Origin: Verrucomicrobiota bacterium
Lineage (GTDB): Bacteria; Verrucomicrobiota; Verrucomicrobiia; Limisphaerales; UBA11358
DNA length: 64,000 bases
Assembly (NCBI GenBank): GCA_028873125.1
Contig: JAGWMQ010000001.1
Coordinates: 36,744 to 100,743 of the forward strand
Reading direction: 5' to 3'
Part shown: in pieces, positions 39,055-47,040 of the stretch
Layout of the letters: each line of letters opens with the position of its first letter
Position numbering within the stretch: the first letter of the stretch is position 1
Program-made: the position numbers and the translations under genes
Notes under the pieces: model-generated
Databases searched by the model: none
What the model was told of the DNA's origin: nothing
Seen by the model: the letters and a program-made list of their open reading frames with translations, nothing else

Positions 39055-40152
39055 TCAAAATGTCCAGTTGATGCCGGCGGAGATATAGACCTGGCCGCCG
39101 AGGTCCAGGTGTCCCTCGCGGCCCGCGCCGCTGAGGGTCACGCCGGTCATGGGCATGTATTGCGCGCCCAGGTAGATGTCGCCATTGGCCACGGGGTGAT
39201 AGACCAGCGTGGCGTTGACGTAGCCGCCAAAGACAGCGTCGGTGCCGCCGATCTGGCCGTGATTCTGCGCCACGCTGCCCCCCGACGCGGTGATCGCCTC
39301 GTCCCATTTAAGGTCGCCGGTTACGAGGCCGGCGGCGGGGCCGGCGCCGACATACAAGCCGATTTGCCGGCCGACATCCCAATACAACGTCGGCCCCAGT
39401 CGGAAGCTGAACAGGGTCACGTCGAGCGAACGGGTTCCCGTGACCGTGCTGGAAACGGCGGGGAGATGGTTCGTTGCCGTGGGCAGGTCGGAAATGGTCG
39501 GGCCGAGGCCGCCGGGGCCGCCGTGGTAGGGCGCGGCCGGCAGGAGGATGTTGCCGACGTCGAACGAATAAAGCGAGCGCGTGACCGAAGCCGACATGGG
39601 CTGATTATCGCTGATATGAATGGGCAGCAGACCGAAGCCAAATTCCCAGCCGACTTTCGCCCTCCCCAACCTCCAGTAACTGTCGCCGTAGGCCAGGTCG
39701 AAGCCCAGATACGGCGCGTCGTCGCCGCTGCCGCCGCCGGTGGCGGTGAAGGATTGGGTGCGGGTCAGGCGCAACGCGCGCGTCGCGGGATCATACTGCG
39801 AGGCATTGTCGTAGCCCCAATAGGACGTTTGGTTGCCCGCATCGCCGGTTTGATCCACCCGCACGTAGCCGTCGTCATAAACGCCCGGTGTGCCGCTGCC
39901 GGAGACGGCAAAATTGCCGCTCATGCCGAATTGGGCGCGAATGTTCAGGCCGGTCAGCAGGCCGAGCCGGAAATGACGCGTCCAGTTGTCGGGGTTGTTG
40001 TACCCCTCGGTGCCCAGGACGCGCGACAACGCCTGTTCGGGGGAAAGACGTTGCGCCGGGACCGCCGGCACAAGTGCCGCGAGGCAACAGAGCACCCCGA
40101 GGCCGCGGCGCAGGCGCGCAGGACCGGAAATTTTCTGGCGGAGGGGGCGCAT
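39055..40152 (-). CDS. Putative outer-membrane beta-barrel protein
   Basis: Signal peptide, Gly/Tyr/Thr-rich alternating strands, and a C-terminal YISAGINWTF ending in Phe. Confidence 0.55.
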   Translation of the reverse strand: MRPLRQKISGPARLRRGLGVLCCLAALVPAVPAQRLSPEQALSRVLGTEGYNNPDNWTRHFRLGLLTGLNIRAQFGMSGNFAVSGSGTPGVYDDGYVRVDQTGDAGNQTSYWGYDNASQYDPATRALRLTRTQSFTATGGGSGDDAPYLGFDLAYGDSYWRLGRAKVGWEFGFGLLPIHISDNQPMSASVTRSLYSFDVGNILLPAAPYHGGPGGLGPTISDLPTATNHLPAVSSTVTGTRSLDVTLFSFRLGPTLYWDVGRQIGLYVGAGPAAGLVTGDLKWDEAITASGGSVAQNHGQIGGTDAVFGGYVNATLVYHPVANGDIYLGAQYMPMTGVTLSGAGREGHLDLGGQVYISAGINWTF

Positions 40153-40155
40153 GGT

Positions 40156-41547
40156 TCACGGATTCTGGAAGACGCGATAGAACCGCGAGCCGGTGTTGGT
40201 CGGCGCGCTGATCGTGGTCGGCGGTCCGTAGTCAATCCACTGTGTCCGGTCCGCCGGCGCCACGACGGCCGGCGGCGCGATCCGGGCGTTGGTGAAGGTG
40301 GCGGTGTCGCTGTAAACCACCGTGTAACTGCGCCCTTGGGTGGAAGGAAATTCCAGCAGCACCGCGCCGTCGGGCAATGGGACGAGGCGCGTGATGTTCA
40401 GGTTGGTGCTCGTCGTCGTCGCCTTGGGGGCGGACCAATCGGGCGGCGAGACGCCCAGGGCGGTGTAATTGGAATTGGCCACGGTGACGGGCAGCCGCGT
40501 GGGCACAAAATACTTCAGGAGCAGGTCCACACTCCGATTCGTCTCCAGCGTGTTCGCATAAACCACGAACGGTTGGCCGTCGTTGGTGCCGACGGCGTTG
40601 AACAGGACGTTGGTCAGGCCGGACACGATGACCCGCGCCGACGGGACCGCGTTTGTGCCGCGGTTCGACAACCGGACGGTTTGATTCATCAGACCGGTCT
40701 GCGGATCGTAGGTCATGGCCGAGACGTTGGTGGCGATCAAATTGGTGGAAAGATAATTCGCCACCACGATGTTGGTGCCGGCCGAATTATTGGCGGGGTT
40801 GGCATCCAGCAAACCCGGTGCGATCAGCGTCGAGGAAAATGGGAACACGCCGGCGTTGGCCGGCTGAACGGTCAATTGGAAATTTTGGGAACCGCCGTTG
40901 GTCACCCTGCCCAGGCTGAACAGCAGCGCGTTGTTGGTGAACGTATAGGCGGCGGGCGAAGCGCGGATCAGCATTGCCCCGGCGGGCAGGGTGTTGCTCA
41001 GCATGACGCCGGGCACAGTGTCCGGCCCGGCGTTGGTAACGGTCACCCCAAGCGTCATCCAGTCGTTGACGAAGACGCTTTGGGCGGGGCCGGCGAGTCG
41101 CACGCCCAGATCGGCCTGCGCGCTGACTACCTGGACGACAACGTTGGTCGAAAGGGTGTTGGTGGTGTTGACCTGGACCGTGTTGGTGAGGAAGCCGTAC
41201 GCCGTCGGTTCGAGGGTCAAAGTCATCTGCGCGTTGGTGCCGGCGGGCACTGGGCCAAGCAGAAAGATGATGTGGTTGGCGGTGTTGGTGACGCTGCCCA
41301 GGCTGGAGCTGGCAACCTGCACCAAAACCGTCTCCGAAGGCGAGTTGGTCACGGAAACGTTCGGCAAAGGACTGCCCGTGGAGTTGGTGACGGTGAGGGT
41401 GTAGGTCACGAAACTGTTGGTCGTCACCACGAGGTTGGTTGAAGCGACCACCGAGAGGCCGAGGCTCTGCGCGCCCGACTTGGCCGCAAGAAGGACCAGC
41501 GCCGGCGCGAGCAGCAACATGGTCTTGAAATGGCCGGGACGGTTCAC
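40156..41547 (-). CDS. Secreted DUF11-repeat (conserved repeat domain) protein with a C-terminal FYRV module
   Basis: Signal peptide. Repeated YTLTVTNSTGSPL / LGVTVTNAGPDTVPGV motifs typical of DUF11. Ends in GSRFYRVFQNP. Its stop is 3 nt from the start of the barrel gene. Confidence 0.65.
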   Translation of the reverse strand: MNRPGHFKTMLLLAPALVLLAAKSGAQSLGLSVVASTNLVVTTNSFVTYTLTVTNSTGSPLPNVSVTNSPSETVLVQVASSSLGSVTNTANHIIFLLGPVPAGTNAQMTLTLEPTAYGFLTNTVQVNTTNTLSTNVVVQVVSAQADLGVRLAGPAQSVFVNDWMTLGVTVTNAGPDTVPGVMLSNTLPAGAMLIRASPAAYTFTNNALLFSLGRVTNGGSQNFQLTVQPANAGVFPFSSTLIAPGLLDANPANNSAGTNIVVANYLSTNLIATNVSAMTYDPQTGLMNQTVRLSNRGTNAVPSARVIVSGLTNVLFNAVGTNDGQPFVVYANTLETNRSVDLLLKYFVPTRLPVTVANSNYTALGVSPPDWSAPKATTTSTNLNITRLVPLPDGAVLLEFPSTQGRSYTVVYSDTATFTNARIAPPAVVAPADRTQWIDYGPPTTISAPTNTGSRFYRVFQNP

Positions 41548-41676
41548 GCTGGAACAACCGAATCTCTCTTACATCACCGGCAGGATGCGAAAGTTCCGCG
41601 AGTTGGGCAATCCCCCGTTCGGCGCCCTTGATATTTTGGGCTTTCCGCCGGCGACTCCTTTTGCCAGTTTCAGGTT

Positions 41677-42003
41677 ATGGACTCGGATGAACGCGAAATC
41701 CTCAGTTTTCTGAAATCCTGGGGAAGCAACTTTGTGGCTGCCCGCGAAATCAGCCGGCGCGCCGGCGGCAAGCGACGTTTTCACGACGACCCCGAATGGG
41801 CCAAACCCGCCTTGTTGCGGCTGGCCGCGCGCGGCATTCTCGAAATGGATGCCATGGGTCATTTCCGCCTCATTCCCAAATTCAGAAGGGGCAAGATGGC
41901 GCGGCGGACCCCATCCGAAGAGGCTGAATCGGCCGAGGAAGGCAGCGCGGACACCGAGGACGCCGGTGATGTCTTCCGGGGCGAAGATTACGACGAACCG
42001 TAA
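41677..42003 (+). CDS. Small hypothetical protein (possible winged-helix) with an acidic tail
   Basis: 108-aa ORF with coding-like composition; no recognisable family. Confidence 0.45.
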   Translation: MDSDEREILSFLKSWGSNFVAAREISRRAGGKRRFHDDPEWAKPALLRLAARGILEMDAMGHFRLIPKFRRGKMARRTPSEEAESAEEGSADTEDAGDVFRGEDYDEP

Positions 42004-42017
42004 TCGCCCGCGCGTCC

Positions 42018-42938
42018 ATGCCCGCCGCGCTCCTCACCACGCTGCTGTTTGCCATCTCGGCGCTCTGCGCCTATCGCACCGCCCGGCAAATCGGGGGCGT
42101 CGAGGCGAACTTCTGGCGCATCTGCACGGCGACGGTCTTCCTGGGACTGTGGGCCAATCTGTTCGGCGACGGACTCGGGGGCGCGGCGTTTCCCATTTTT
42201 GTGTTGAGCGGTGTGCTGGGCATCGGCGTGGGCGACAGCGGCTATTTTCAAGCCTTGCCGCGGTTGGGCAGCCGCCGGACGGTCCTGCTGACGCAATGTC
42301 TCACCGCGCCCGTCGCCGCCCTGGTGGAATGGCTCTGGCTGGGCACGCGGCTGAACGTCCCTGAAATCCTCTGCATCGCCGTGATTCTGATCGGCGTGGT
42401 GATCGCGCTGGCGCCGGAGGAGCATTTGAAAATTCCGGCGCGCGATTTGCGGACCGGCATTTTGTTCAGCCTCGTGTCCGCGCTGGGCGGGTCGCTGGGC
42501 GCGGTGCTCATCCGCAAGGCCTATGCCGTCGCCGAGGCGGCGGGCGAACATCCCGACGCGGGCACGACCGGCTATCAGCGCGTGCTGGGCGGGTTGTTCA
42601 TTCCGGGACTGATCCTGCTGGCGGTCAAATGGCGCGCGGCCCGCGGGCGGCGCAGTTTTTTCGAGGTCGAATCCTTGCGCGCCACCCGCGACAAATGGCG
42701 GCGGCTCTGGCCGTGGCTGCTGGCCAACAGCCTGGCCGGCCAGACGCTCGGCGTGACCTGCATGCAATGGGCGCTCAAAACCACGCCCACCGGCATCGTC
42801 ACCGCCGTCATCGCCACCACGCCGCTGGCGCTGTTGCCGCTGACGCGGTTTGTGGAGGGGGAAAAAATCGGACTCCGCCCGCTGCTGGGCGCGCTCATCG
42901 CGGTTACGGGCGTGATTGGCCTGGCGCTATGGTACTGA
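42018..42938 (+). CDS. EamA/DMT-family transporter
   Basis: About 10 TM segments with duplicated EamA-like halves. Confidence 0.75.
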   Translation: MPAALLTTLLFAISALCAYRTARQIGGVEANFWRICTATVFLGLWANLFGDGLGGAAFPIFVLSGVLGIGVGDSGYFQALPRLGSRRTVLLTQCLTAPVAALVEWLWLGTRLNVPEILCIAVILIGVVIALAPEEHLKIPARDLRTGILFSLVSALGGSLGAVLIRKAYAVAEAAGEHPDAGTTGYQRVLGGLFIPGLILLAVKWRAARGRRSFFEVESLRATRDKWRRLWPWLLANSLAGQTLGVTCMQWALKTTPTGIVTAVIATTPLALLPLTRFVEGEKIGLRPLLGALIAVTGVIGLALWY

Positions 42939-42948
42939 ATCAACTTTT

Positions 42949-42981
42949 CAATTCGCGGCAATTCGCGTACTTAGCGGATTC
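42949..42981. repeat. AATTCGYG-family repeat copy downstream of the EamA gene
   Basis: caattcgcggcaattcgcgtacttagcggattc. Confidence 0.65.
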
Positions 42982-42994
42982 ATTTTAACATCCG

Positions 42995-43672
42995 ATGCTT
43001 AAATCCGTTTTCCAGCCGCTCGCTGCCTGGTACCTGGGCGCGCTCAAGACCGGCGGCTACCCGCTCATCGTGCTGTTGATGACCCTGGAAAGCTCCTTTC
43101 TGCCGATCCCGGCCGAAGTCATCATCCCGCCGGCGGCACACCTGGCGTGGGCGGGCGACGGCCTGCGCCTTTTCGCGTTTCACTTGTCCGGCTGGCCCGC
43201 GCAAATCGCCATCGTGGCGGCCGGCGTGCTTGGCTCGTGGCTGGGCACGACGCTGATGTATGGCCTGGCGCGGATGGCGGGCCGCCCGCTGGTGTTGCGC
43301 TATGGAAAACTCGTCTTGTTTCCGCCGGAAAAACTGGAGAAGGCCGAGCGCTGGATGTCGCACTACGGCCCGATGGGCGTGCTCATTGCGCGGCTGCTGC
43401 CGGGCGCCCGCCAACTCGTGGGCATTCCCACCGGCATCGCGCGGATGGATTACAAGCTGTTTTCCATCTTCACCCTGCTGGGCGCGGCCATCTGGTGTTC
43501 AGTGCTCTGCTGGCTGGGCGTCCGGATCGGCGCCGACGTCAGCAAAGGCGAGATGCACCGCGTCATGTTCTGGGTCGGCGGCGTCGCCCTGGCGCTGGGC
43601 GCGCTGTATTATTTTTTCGTCCACCGGCACCTGACCGGGAAGACCGGCGGCCGGATGCCCAGGGCGGAATAA
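42995..43672 (+). CDS. DedA-family (SNARE-associated) membrane protein
   Basis: LESSFLPIPAEVIIPPA, GRPLVLRYGK and GIPTGIARMDYKLF are DedA motifs. Confidence 0.88.
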   Translation: MLKSVFQPLAAWYLGALKTGGYPLIVLLMTLESSFLPIPAEVIIPPAAHLAWAGDGLRLFAFHLSGWPAQIAIVAAGVLGSWLGTTLMYGLARMAGRPLVLRYGKLVLFPPEKLEKAERWMSHYGPMGVLIARLLPGARQLVGIPTGIARMDYKLFSIFTLLGAAIWCSVLCWLGVRIGADVSKGEMHRVMFWVGGVALALGALYYFFVHRHLTGKTGGRMPRAE

Positions 43673-43688
43673 AGATCCGTCCCCGCCG

Positions 43689-44093
43689 TCATTTGACGAA
43701 CTGAACGCTCCAGGGATACTTGTAATCCTCGCCGTTGTTGGCCTTGACGCCGGCGATCACGGCAAAGACCAGCCCGGCCAGGCCGATCAAAATGACCATG
43801 GGAACGAGCAAATAGCCGATGCAAAAGAACGAAAGCAGAATCGCCGCGAAGGCCCCTGCAAACGCGGCGAGGGTCACGGTGATCTGAAAATTCAACGCGG
43901 CCTTGCCGTGAACGTCCACGGACGGAAAGTCGTTTTTCTTGATCTGCCAGAAGATGAGCGGACCCAGAATGTTTCCGAAGGGAACGAACAAGCCGGCCAG
44001 GGCGCCCAGATGGCAGAGCATGTTCCAGGCGCGGGCGGGCTTGTCATCCGGCGGCGGGACCGGCGGCGGGGTCGCGGTTTGAGGTTCAGACAT
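43689..44093 (-). CDS. DUF4870-like membrane protein
   Basis: WNMLCHLGALAGLFVPFGNILGPLIFW...HGKAALNFQIT matches the DUF4870 pattern from memory. Confidence 0.75.
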   Translation of the reverse strand: MSEPQTATPPPVPPPDDKPARAWNMLCHLGALAGLFVPFGNILGPLIFWQIKKNDFPSVDVHGKAALNFQITVTLAAFAGAFAAILLSFFCIGYLLVPMVILIGLAGLVFAVIAGVKANNGEDYKYPWSVQFVK

Positions 44094-44244
44094 GGGTATC
44101 GTTTCTTAAGTTCAGTTGTTCTATATGCCGGTTTAATTCATCGCGCAACCCCCAAAACGACATTTTTTTGGAGGCGCCCGTCCGCGCGCCGCACGGATCG
44201 GAAATTCCTTTGCGCCCCCGCGCCTTTGGATAAACTGCCGGGTT

Positions 44245-45924
44245 GTGACCGAGACCATCCGCAAGAAGCTGGGAACGCTCCCGCACAAGCCGGGCATCTA
44301 CCTGATGAAGGACCGGTTCGGCACGGTCATTTACGTCGGCAAGGCGCGCGACCTGCGCAAACGCGTCAGCCAGTATTTCCATCCGTCGCGGCGGATGGGC
44401 TGGGACCTGAAGTTCAACGCCCTGGTCGAGGCGATTTGCGATTTTGATTTCCACGTCGTCCGCAGCGAACCGGAGGCGTATCTGCTCGAAGGCAGGCTCA
44501 TCAAGGAGTTTCATCCGCGCTACAACGTGAGCTTTCGCGACGACAAGCGGTTTCTGCTGCTCAAGGTCAATTTGAACGACCCGATCCCGAACTTCACTCT
44601 GACGCGGCTCAAGAAGGACGACGGCGCGCGTTACTTCGGACCCTTCTCGAATTCCGGCGCGTTGCGCAACACGCTGGCGCTGGTGCGGCGGCAGTTCAAT
44701 CTCCGCGGCTGCCGCGCCTTCACGCCCGGCGGGGGCGATTACAAGCACTGCCTCTACGCGCACCTCAAATACTGCACCGCGCCCTGCATCGGCAACGTGA
44801 CGCGCGAACAATACCTGGAGCAGGTCAAGGCCGCGTGCGATTTCATCGAAGGCCAATGCGCCGAGATGAAGGATCAACTGGAAACCGAGATGAAAAAGGC
44901 CGCCGCGGCGCAGGATTTCGAGAAGGCGGCCGCGCTGCGCGACCTGCTCCGCGACCTGAAGGAGACGACGCGCAAGGAGCAGAAATTCGAGCGCGTGCCC
45001 TACACCCTGCCGCTGGCGGTGGATCCGGGACGCGACCTGGCCGAACTGGCGGCGGCGCTGGGCCTGCCCGCGCCGCCGCGGCGCATCGAAGGCTTCGACA
45101 TCTCCAACATCAGCGGCACCTTCGCCGTCGCCTCGCTGGTCAGTTTCAAGACCGGCCGGCCCGACCGCGCCAACTACCGGCGGTTCAAGATCAAAACGGT
45201 CGAGGGCCAGGACGATTTTGCGAGCATGGCCGAGGTGGTGCGGCGGCGTTACACGCGGCTGCTGAACGAGTCCAAAGTCCAAAGTCCAAAGTCCGGAAGC
45301 GAACACGGCGAAGCCATTCCGGAGGAATTGCAGAAGCTCGTGGACGTGACCAGCAGGAAGGTGCGGCGCCAGAGTTGGAAACCCAAAGCGGCAACACCCG
45401 AAGCTCTAACGGGCGGAATTTCCCAACCTCCAACTTCCAACTCCCAGCTTCGAACTCCCGGCCCCCAACTGCCCGACTTGATTCTGATTGACGGCGGCAA
45501 GGGGCAATTGAGCGCCGCGTGCGAGGAACTCAAAAAGCTTGGCCTCGAAAGAATTCCCGTCATCGGGCTGGCCAAGGAATTCGAGGAGATTTACCGGCCC
45601 GGCGCAAGTCAGCCGCTCCGGTTGGGCTTGGACCATCCGGCGGTGAAATTGCTTCAGCGCATTCGCGACGAGTGCCATCGCGTGGCCAATTCCTACAACG
45701 CGCAACTGCGGCTCAAGCGCATTTCGGAAAGCGTGCTGGACGAATTTCCCGGCATCGGCGAAGCGCGCAAGCAGGCCCTGCTGAAGAAATTCGGCTCGGT
45801 GCGCCGCCTGCAATTGGCGACGGTGGAGCAGATCAGGGAAGTAGCCGGCTTTGGCGGCCAGACGGCGGCGGAATTGAAGAAGTTCCTGGAGGCGCGGTCG
45901 GTGATCACTCCAAACGCCGCCTGA
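44245..45924 (+). CDS. uvrC: Excinuclease ABC subunit C, with a ~50-60-aa repeat-bounded insertion
   Basis: GIY-YIG motifs (PGIYLMKD, VIYVGKARDLRKRV), UVR domain, RNase-H-like LPDLILIDGGKGQL and C-terminal HhH. The extra segment lies between RRYTRLLNE and LPDLILIDGG. Confidence 0.95.
   Translation: MTETIRKKLGTLPHKPGIYLMKDRFGTVIYVGKARDLRKRVSQYFHPSRRMGWDLKFNALVEAICDFDFHVVRSEPEAYLLEGRLIKEFHPRYNVSFRDDKRFLLLKVNLNDPIPNFTLTRLKKDDGARYFGPFSNSGALRNTLALVRRQFNLRGCRAFTPGGGDYKHCLYAHLKYCTAPCIGNVTREQYLEQVKAACDFIEGQCAEMKDQLETEMKKAAAAQDFEKAAALRDLLRDLKETTRKEQKFERVPYTLPLAVDPGRDLAELAAALGLPAPPRRIEGFDISNISGTFAVASLVSFKTGRPDRANYRRFKIKTVEGQDDFASMAEVVRRRYTRLLNESKVQSPKSGSEHGEAIPEELQKLVDVTSRKVRRQSWKPKAATPEALTGGISQPPTSNSQLRTPGPQLPDLILIDGGKGQLSAACEELKKLGLERIPVIGLAKEFEEIYRPGASQPLRLGLDHPAVKLLQRIRDECHRVANSYNAQLRLKRISESVLDEFPGIGEARKQALLKKFGSVRRLQLATVEQIREVAGFGGQTAAELKKFLEARSVITPNAA
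45270..45294. repeat. Heptamer repeat (GTCCAAA x3.5) inside uvrC
   Basis: gtccaaagtccaaagtccaaagtcc, translated as KVQSPKS. Confidence 0.85.
45421..45459. repeat. Heptamer repeat (TTCCAAC-type) inside uvrC
   Basis: tcccaacctccaacttccaactcccagcttcgaactccc, translated as QPPTSNSQLRTP. Confidence 0.85.
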
Positions 45925-46198
45925 TCCATTTTGGATCGCGGCGCAAGTCCAACACGGCGCGGACAAGAACGGTGTTTTCTTCCACACGATAGTAAATGCC
46001 GTATGGAAATCGTTTCGATAAGAGGCGATGATATTTACCGAAGTGAATGATGTGGATACCGGCGTAAAGTTGGAGCGAATCAATGTCCGAATACGATGAA
46101 TTCAGAAAGTAACCGCCCAATCCAGGTTCGATGCGCTCGTAGAAATCAAATCCGTCAGCCAGGTCTCCGAGCGCGGACGACTGGATGACGATTTTCAC
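45905..46198 (-). CDS. RelE/ParE-family toxin
   Basis: The GTG start at 46198 overlaps the antitoxin stop (GTGA). YRLLSKRFPYGIYYRVEENTVLVRAVLDLRRDP is typical of ParE/RelE toxins. The 3' end overlaps the uvrC stop region by 20 nt (convergent). Confidence 0.75.
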   Translation of the reverse strand: MKIVIQSSALGDLADGFDFYERIEPGLGGYFLNSSYSDIDSLQLYAGIHIIHFGKYHRLLSKRFPYGIYYRVEENTVLVRAVLDLRRDPKWIRRRLE

Positions 46199-46413
46199 TG
46201 AAGTTTGGCGCGCAGTTGATGCTTGGCGGCTTCCCAGTCCAGCAATGTGTCTTCGCCGGTGGCGAGCTTGCGTTCCCGTTCGGCCAGGACGGCGCCGTGC
46301 CATTCCGGAGAAGGAACATCACGCTCATTTTGGGAGAGCTCGCTCCAAAGGTCTTCCATCAGCCGGAGTTTTTCCGGCAAGGACATCTGCCGCAAGTCCA
46401 CCGTCGCATTCAT
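46195..46413 (-). CDS. Addiction-module antitoxin component (TIGR02574-like)
   Basis: MSLPEKLRLMEDLWSEL...PEWH matches the putative addiction module component pattern. It lies immediately upstream of the toxin. Confidence 0.7.
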   Translation of the reverse strand: MNATVDLRQMSLPEKLRLMEDLWSELSQNERDVPSPEWHGAVLAERERKLATGEDTLLDWEAAKHQLRAKLQ

Positions 46414-46509
46414 GGTGGAAATTTACGCTGCGAATGGAATTCGGCAAGCCCGCTTTTTTCAAGAGGTTCCGTCCAGCAGTAAGGCGGCGGCGGAACTGAA
46501 CGTTCAAGT

Positions 46510-47040
46510 TCAACCCGGCGAAGCCGTTTCGATTTCTTCAGCCGGTCGTTTAGGCCGAATCAGATTTCTGAAAAAGAAAATCCAATAAATCGGCGCGAAA
46601 AAAGTGTAGGCGCTCAAGGAGATCAACAAATACCCGGCAATGACGAGCGGACTTGCGCGTAGCTTGCCTTCCACGCCGTTTCTCAGGACTTCACCTTCAG
46701 AAAAGAGGCAGACGAAGGGCATCAAATTGTTATAGGATCCAACAGCGCTGCCGCAATGTTCGCAAAACCACCCATCGGTCGTTCGCGGGTCAAAACAGTG
46801 GTGGCAGACCTCGACGGCGTCCGGCTCATGCAGTTTTCTTTCAAGGTTGGCGTCCCACGGATCAGGCGTCCATGGCGCTTGCCGAACCCACATGAGGAGA
46901 CGCCAAAGCGCGCCGAGCGCCAGGCCGACCAAGCCCAGTTGACCCACGAGGAGGTTCGGGTCGCTCACGTCCGCCATAGGAAGCTGTTTCAACTTCCCAT
47001 TGGGGATTCTCAATGTCAAGAGCGCGACGAAGACGTTCAC
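46510..47040 (-). CDS. Membrane protein with a central zinc-ribbon, translationally coupled to uvrB
   Basis: TM ([23 protein letters not shown]), CHHCF...FCEHCG, then TM ([26 protein letters not shown]). GTG 47040 overlaps the uvrB TGA. An alternative ATG is at 46977. Confidence 0.5.
   Translation of the reverse strand: MNVFVALLTLRIPNGKLKQLPMADVSDPNLLVGQLGLVGLALGALWRLLMWVRQAPWTPDPWDANLERKLHEPDAVEVCHHCFDPRTTDGWFCEHCGSAVGSYNNLMPFVCLFSEGEVLRNGVEGKLRASPLVIAGYLLISLSAYTFFAPIYWIFFFRNLIRPKRPAEEIETASPG

Noticed and set aside
34477-41442. Very long plus-strand ORFs (34477..36933, 36996..38123, 38095..41442) opposite the RND operon, TetR, barrel and DUF11 genes
   Set aside because: Extreme Arg/Gly/His/Asp bias and no motifs. 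The minus-strand genes are unambiguous AcrB/AcrA/TetR homologues.
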